Below are positions 58,425 to 64,000 of a stretch of 64,000 bases of DNA, one piece after another (the stretch's first letter is position 1; the number at the start of each line of letters is the position of its first letter). Source of the stretch: Thermotogota bacterium (GTDB lineage: Bacteria > Thermotogota > Thermotogae > Petrotogales > Petrotogaceae); NCBI GenBank assembly GCA_024233675.1, contig JACKPH010000001.1, positions 436,682-500,681 on the forward strand. The letters are read 5' to 3'. The translations under genes were made by a program, and so were the position numbers. A model generated the notes under the pieces. That model was not told the DNA's origin. It was given only the letters and a program-made list of their open reading frames with translations, and did no database searches.

Positions 58425-58450
58425 AGTGCATTTAAGCACTTTATTTTTTT
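58422..58450. terminator. Bidirectional terminator between era and the convergent C11 peptidase gene
   Basis: Stem taaagtgc pairs with gcacttta around a 6-nt loop, with a T7 run after it on the plus strand and an A-run before it. Confidence 0.6.
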
Positions 58451-59792
58451 ACCATAGATTATATTTTTCAACCCAATTCTGATTTTCTTTATAAAACAGA
58501 AGTTCTCTGTAGTCAGGTTCAAAAGAAGGATAATGATCTGTTATATTATATGCTATACCTATACCGGAAATATTATAACCTGAAATATTATAACCTGAAA
58601 AAGAAGATCCTAAACTTTTATTTATTATCATATCGTCCGGATAATTGTTTAAAACGTAGTTAACATCGGTAAAATCATCAGAATTAAGAAGTCCGTAAAC
58701 CGCGTTATTATGGAGCGAATCTTTTGAAATGTTTTTTAAATTATTTTTTATAAACTGACGGAATCCTTCTGTTTTAATTGCAACCATTGTTTTATAATAA
58801 ACGTCAGAATGTTCATTATTATCATAAGCATAAACAAGTCTGTCAAGAAGATAAGATATATTTCCGTTAAAATAAGATATAAAGTTATAATCATAACCGG
58901 ATGCAGGTTCGGGAGAAGCGGAACCCACAAAATAATCTGTATAATCGGCAAGTTCATAAATTATTTCCGTCATTGCCATATTACAGGCATCAAAACCTAT
59001 TACGTCTATATTTTTTCCTGCTGTGTTTTTATAATCTTCCAGAAGACTTTTAACTTCGGAAATTTTTATTGTTGCATCCGAATCTGAATAGTCAATCATT
59101 ATTGAACGCAGAGAATAATCTGATTTTGATTCACCAAGCCAGGCATTTCCGTGATCCCAGAAAATAAGGAATTTTTTTGTTTCGGGGTTAAAACTCGTAA
59201 CTGTGTTAAAATAGTTTTTAACCGAATTTATATCTGCTGTTTTAAATTCACTTTCCAGACCGTAATATAACGGATCTATCGTGTAATAATAAAAATTCCC
59301 GTTATATTTTGTAAAAGTTATTATTCTGTCGGAGGAATCGTAATAATCAGCTATAACGGTTACAGTTACAGGTATTTTTGAATTTTCAACACCATCACGT
59401 ATTTCTGAAATGTCGTTTAAAAGATTATTATTTAAATTATTATCACCGCCGCCTATTACTATTATCTGAAGCGGTATATATTCAAAATAAACATTTTCGC
59501 TGTAATTTTTTGAGGAAGTTCTGTAATTTAACTGAAAAGTCTGATTTTTTGATGTAAAATCATATTTTTTGGTATCAAACATATATTTTTTGTCTGATAC
59601 TTTTGTCATATATATATTTCCTTTACCGGTAGACAAATAAACATCGCTGACACTGTCTTTAAAGTTAAATTCGGCAATACCTGCGGAAGGATAATAATTA
59701 CTTATAAGCGGTGTAAATAATCCTGTCGGTATACATGAATAGAATACAAAAAAAGAAGAAATGATCATAATAATAAAAATTAATTTTTTCAT
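58449..59792 (-). CDS. Clostripain-like cysteine peptidase (family C11) lipoprotein
   Basis: The His-Cys dyad context is present (IFWDHGNAW and GFDACNMAMTE). Lipobox FYSC. The start is moved to ATG 59792 after GGGAGGG. Confidence 0.7.
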   Translation of the reverse strand: MKKLIFIIMIISSFFVFYSCIPTGLFTPLISNYYPSAGIAEFNFKDSVSDVYLSTGKGNIYMTKVSDKKYMFDTKKYDFTSKNQTFQLNYRTSSKNYSENVYFEYIPLQIIVIGGGDNNLNNNLLNDISEIRDGVENSKIPVTVTVIADYYDSSDRIITFTKYNGNFYYYTIDPLYYGLESEFKTADINSVKNYFNTVTSFNPETKKFLIFWDHGNAWLGESKSDYSLRSIMIDYSDSDATIKISEVKSLLEDYKNTAGKNIDVIGFDACNMAMTEIIYELADYTDYFVGSASPEPASGYDYNFISYFNGNISYLLDRLVYAYDNNEHSDVYYKTMVAIKTEGFRQFIKNNLKNISKDSLHNNAVYGLLNSDDFTDVNYVLNNYPDDMIINKSLGSSFSGYNISGYNISGIGIAYNITDHYPSFEPDYRELLFYKENQNWVEKYNLW

Positions 59793-59818
59793 TTTTCCCT
59801 CCCGATATAATACCGTAT

Positions 59819-60610
59819 TTAAAAAAATACTATAAAAAGTCCTATCATTACAAAAGACATAAGAAAAACAGTATCTGTTATTTTCCATGTAAAATTTTTA
59901 TAGCGCGTTCTTCCTTCCCAACCGTTGTAACCTCTTGCTTCCATAGCAATACTTAATTCTTCTGCACGTCTTAATGCTGAAACAAGAAGAGGAATTATTA
60001 TTGAAACCGCACCTTTTATTTTTCCTGAAAATTTTCTGTCATCAAAATTTGCACCGCGGCTCATCTGTGCCTTTATTATACGGTCTGCCTCAGAAGCCAT
60101 TACAGGAATGAATCTTATTGCAATTGTCATAACCATAGAAAGTTCATGAGCGAACGATTTAGGAACAAAAAACCATCTTAACACGTCTTCCATGGCATGT
60201 GCAAGTGTTGTGGGAGAGGTTGTCAGTGTAAGTATTGTTGAAAGCATTATTGCAAAAAGAATTCTGAATGTTATTATAGAAGCACTCATAAGACCCTGAT
60301 CGGTAATTTTTATAAAATAAAAACTGAAAATGACATTTCCGCTGTAATTGAAAAGCTGTACGACAAAAGCGAAAATTATTATAAACCATAATGATTTAAG
60401 TGATTTTAAATAATATCTTATGCTCAGTTTTGAAAGCAGCATAAGTGAAAAAGTATAAACCGTCATTACTATTATATCAATTAAACTGTTTATCGAAAAG
60501 GCAAAAGCCGCAAGTATAAATAATCCCATTAATTTAACTCTCGGGTCCATTCTGTGCATTAAAGAATCTTTTTCCACAAATCTTCCCAGGGCAACATTAT
60601 CTAAAAACAA
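59819..60610 (-). CDS. ecfT: Energy-coupling factor (ECF) transporter transmembrane T component
   Basis: The sequence LGRFVEKDSLMHRMDPRVKL.. and the Arg-rich coupling helices (ALRRAEELSIAMEARG) are typical of EcfT. The start is uncertain: TTG 60610 lies 9 nt after GGAAGG, while the track gives 60649. Confidence 0.8.
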   Translation of the reverse strand: MFLDNVALGRFVEKDSLMHRMDPRVKLMGLFILAAFAFSINSLIDIIVMTVYTFSLMLLSKLSIRYYLKSLKSLWFIIIFAFVVQLFNYSGNVIFSFYFIKITDQGLMSASIITFRILFAIMLSTILTLTTSPTTLAHAMEDVLRWFFVPKSFAHELSMVMTIAIRFIPVMASEADRIIKAQMSRGANFDDRKFSGKIKGAVSIIIPLLVSALRRAEELSIAMEARGYNGWEGRTRYKNFTWKITDTVFLMSFVMIGLFIVFF

Positions 60611-60750
60611 TTTAAAAAACCTTCCTTTCACAAAAAGAATGCAAATCAATTATACTATACAATGATTAAAATTGATATTATTATATTTAAATAATGTGCA
60701 TATATGGTATAATATAGGTGATTATTTAATAAATAACCGGAGGTGTTTAT

Positions 60751-61311
60751 ATGTCAAAAAGTACATATGAAAAAGAAGTAACTGAAAAAATGAAAAAAAC
60801 CGTAGTTCATTATGAAGAAGAACTAAAAAAGCTCAGAACAGGGAGACCTTCTCCTGCGATGTTTGAAGATATAAGAATAGATTATTACGGTACACCCACG
60901 CCTGTAAATCAGACAGGAAGTGTTACTGTTACGGAAGACAGAACAGTTGTTATTTCGCCGTGGGAAAAAAGCCTTCTCGAAAAAATCGAAAAAGCTATAA
61001 ATGCCGCAAATCTTGGTATACATGCCATAAATGACGGTTCTGTCGTAAGAGTTGCTTTTCCTTCACCGACAGGAGAAGACAGGAAAAAATGGGTTAAACA
61101 TGCAAAAGATATGATGGAAGAAACAAAAATAGCTTTGAGAAACATAAGAAGGGATGATATCAAAAAAGTTAAGGATGATCAGAAAAGCAGTTTAATATCA
61201 GAAGATGAATCAAAAAAAGCAGAAGAGGAAATAACAAAAATTCTTAAAGAATACGAAGAAAAATCTGAAGCTGTTTTTGCTAAAAAAGAAAAGGAGATCA
61301 TGGAATCTTAA
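60751..61311 (+). CDS. frr: Ribosome recycling factor
   Basis: Typical RRF sequence (LKKLRTGRPSPAMFEDIRIDYYG). Confidence 0.95.
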   Translation: MSKSTYEKEVTEKMKKTVVHYEEELKKLRTGRPSPAMFEDIRIDYYGTPTPVNQTGSVTVTEDRTVVISPWEKSLLEKIEKAINAANLGIHAINDGSVVRVAFPSPTGEDRKKWVKHAKDMMEETKIALRNIRRDDIKKVKDDQKSSLISEDESKKAEEEITKILKEYEEKSEAVFAKKEKEIMES

Positions 61312-62033
61312 TGAATGATATAAAAATACCCGTACATCTCGGTATAATAATGGACGGAAACGGCCGATGGGCTAAAATGAGAAATCAGAAAAGAACTTTC
61401 GGACACGAACGCGGTGCGGAAGTCGCAGAAGATGTAATACAATGGTGTTCGGATTTAGGGGTGAGATATCTCACCCTATACTCTTTTTCTACCGAAAATT
61501 GGAAAAGACCTGAAGAAGAAGTTAATTTTCTTTTTAAACTTTTTGTTAAATACCTTGAATCAAGAATGATGAAAATTATAAACAAAGGTGTCAGAATGAG
61601 ATTTACAGGAAGGATAAATGAACTTCCGGAAGACGTTAAAAAATCCATAGAAAAAATATCACAAAAAAGTAAAAATAATACAAAGCTCGATCTTGTCATG
61701 GCATTAAATTACGGCGGAAGACAGGAAATAACCGATGCTGTAAATAAAATTATACAGTCAGGAAATAATCAGAAAATAACAGAAAAAATGATTTCGGAAA
61801 ATATGTATCTTCCGGATGTACCGGAACCGGATCTTATAATAAGAACTTCCGGGGAAATAAGAATGAGTAATTTTCTTTTATGGGAAAGTGCTTATTCTGA
61901 ACTATATTTTACCGAAAAACTATGGCCTGATTTTAATTATGAAGATCTTACAGAAGCTTTCAGGGAGTTTTCCCTGAGAGAAAGAAGATTCGGGGATATA
62001 AAAGAAATCGGAAGTGATAAAGGTGGCTGTTAA
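61311..62033 (+). CDS. uppS: Isoprenyl transferase (undecaprenyl diphosphate synthase)
   Basis: The motifs GIIMDGNGRWA, FSTENWKRP and RTSGE.R.SNFLLW are present. The start overlaps the frr stop (TAATG). Confidence 0.95.
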   Translation: MNDIKIPVHLGIIMDGNGRWAKMRNQKRTFGHERGAEVAEDVIQWCSDLGVRYLTLYSFSTENWKRPEEEVNFLFKLFVKYLESRMMKIINKGVRMRFTGRINELPEDVKKSIEKISQKSKNNTKLDLVMALNYGGRQEITDAVNKIIQSGNNQKITEKMISENMYLPDVPEPDLIIRTSGEIRMSNFLLWESAYSELYFTEKLWPDFNYEDLTEAFREFSLRERRFGDIKEIGSDKGGC

Positions 62034-62874
62034 TAAAAAAAATCTTGTAATAAGAGTTTTATCGGGAGTTATTCTGGGACCCGCTGTTGTATTTTCATTT
62101 TCTATATATCCGACTCTTCTCGGATTGGTTACAAGTATAGTTTTACTTTCTGCATTTGAATTTATTGAATTTTCAAACAGAGATTTTAAAAATGTTATAC
62201 TGAAACTTTTTATAACTCTGACAATAGGTGTTTCAACTCTTGTTTACGGTTTTGCGCTTCAGGCGGAAAATCAGGGAATACTTCCTTTTGATGCTGAAAC
62301 AATATTTTTTATAGGGTTTGCAGTTATAATGGGTTCGATTATTCTGAATGTGAAGGATATATCTATAGCCAAGGAACTTGCTTCATCATCGGCTGTATCT
62401 CTTCTTTATATTGCTTTTTTTCTTTCGTTTTTTTATAAATTTAATCTTCAGTACGGACCGTCTATGTCTATATTATGTCTTACTTCGGTCTGGATGTATG
62501 ATGCATCGGCATATTTTTTCGGTATGAATTTCGGGAAACATAAACTTTCACCCGTTTTTTCACCTAAAAAAAGCTGGGAAGGTTTTTACGGAGGAATATT
62601 AGGAACATTTGTATATATTATTGTTTTTGAATTTATAAGAAATTATATGGGATATAATAACACAATTAATATAATTTATGCTGTTATATTTGCAGTCTGT
62701 GTCGGTATATTCGATACAATAGGGGATATAACAGAGTCAGTTTTTAAAAGATATTACGGAGTTAAAGATTCAGGAGAAATACTTCCCGGGCATGGGGGAA
62801 TGCTCGACAGAATTGACGGACTATTAGTTGTGGCACCTATTTGGTATTTTCTTCTCAGAGTTTTTCTCATTTAA
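62014..62874 (+). CDS. cdsA: Phosphatidate cytidylyltransferase
   Basis: The C-terminal signature is SVFKRYYGVKDSGEILPGHGGMLDRIDG. The start codon is uncertain (GTG 62014 or 62023). Confidence 0.9.
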   Translation: MIKVAVNKKNLVIRVLSGVILGPAVVFSFSIYPTLLGLVTSIVLLSAFEFIEFSNRDFKNVILKLFITLTIGVSTLVYGFALQAENQGILPFDAETIFFIGFAVIMGSIILNVKDISIAKELASSSAVSLLYIAFFLSFFYKFNLQYGPSMSILCLTSVWMYDASAYFFGMNFGKHKLSPVFSPKKSWEGFYGGILGTFVYIIVFEFIRNYMGYNNTINIIYAVIFAVCVGIFDTIGDITESVFKRYYGVKDSGEILPGHGGMLDRIDGLLVVAPIWYFLLRVFLI

Positions 62875-62898
62875 GGGGAGTAATATTAGGGGGAAAAA

Positions 62899-63303
62899 AT
62901 GAAAAAACTGAAGGAAGGTTTTACATTAGTTGAAGTGCTTGTGGTTCTTGCGATTATAGCTATAATAGGAACTATAACTGTTCCGGCGGCAAACAGCCTT
63001 ATTTCTCAGGCAAAAGCAACTAAAGGCGTTACTGAGATGAAAAGTATTCAGAGTGCAGTTTTGAACTATCTTATCTATAACGAAACAATTCCTGATGATA
63101 TTTCGGTTCAGAAATTAGCCGATGAAGGATATATTGATGCTGTGCCTGAAAAAATAAATGTCAGAAAAAACAGCGTTGATGTTTTGAGTATTGATATAGT
63201 ATACGGTTCGGAAAGTCCTGAATATAAATATTTTCTTAAGATAGACAGTAATATGCTTAAAGACGAAAATAATTATCCTTATTTAAAAGTAACTTTAAGA
63301 TAA
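62899..63303 (+). CDS. Type IV pilin-like protein with prepilin N-terminal cleavage/methylation motif
   Basis: The N-terminus reads MKKLKEG|FTLVEVLVVLAIIAIIGTI, the canonical motif. The SD is GGGGGA. Confidence 0.85.
   Translation: MKKLKEGFTLVEVLVVLAIIAIIGTITVPAANSLISQAKATKGVTEMKSIQSAVLNYLIYNETIPDDISVQKLADEGYIDAVPEKINVRKNSVDVLSIDIVYGSESPEYKYFLKIDSNMLKDENNYPYLKVTLR

Positions 63304-64000
<697 letters not shown>

Overview
This is an AT-rich bacterial chromosomal segment. I call about 57 protein-coding genes and one tRNA-Asn(GTT). I could not recognise any rRNA, CRISPR array, transposase, integrase or phage gene. All calls come from reading the sequence and the supplied translations and recognising motifs; no searches were run.

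Gene content:
- Housekeeping blocks on the minus strand: rng, glmU-prs-rplY-pth and valS-folC-ruvA.
- Housekeeping blocks on the plus strand: tdk, glyQS, era, frr-uppS-cdsA and alaS.
- A strikingly dense set of signalling genes sits between them: 4 methyl-accepting chemotaxis proteins, 2 GGDEF cyclases, 2 HD-GYP phosphodiesterases, 2 sensor kinases and 2 receivers.
- Other genes include a MarR plus heterodimeric ABC exporter unit, a NiaR plus MFS (niacin-type) unit, and an ATPase-less pilus/secretin operon at 44.5-49.7 kb.

The organism looks like a motile diderm, because a secretin and a beta-barrel-like protein are present. Several families (NiaR 3H regulator, TM0106-type nuclease, Memo-like protein) are reminiscent of Thermotogota-like low-GC lineages. 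That placement is only an impression.

Most interesting observations:
1. The 363-bp gap at 44182-44544 carries a cluster of DnaA-box-like 9-mers (TTATCAACA) next to an almost pure A/T stretch, about 3 kb right of the minus-to-plus gene-orientation switch at 41.4-41.6 kb. It is a candidate dnaA-unlinked replication origin.
2. A translationally coupled PilC-pseudopilin-3 unknowns-secretin operon has no ATPase or prepilin peptidase in view.
3. An A7 tract separates an Ig-like lipoprotein ORF from an LRR ORF that would fuse after a -1 shift.
4. A perfect 30-bp tandem duplication carries a Shine-Dalgarno plus ATG unit.
5. An unknown protein plus a Cas4-like/RNase-H-like nuclease form a pair wedged between glyS and era.

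I do not see a clear-cut new defence or mobile system, and nothing here is proven novel.
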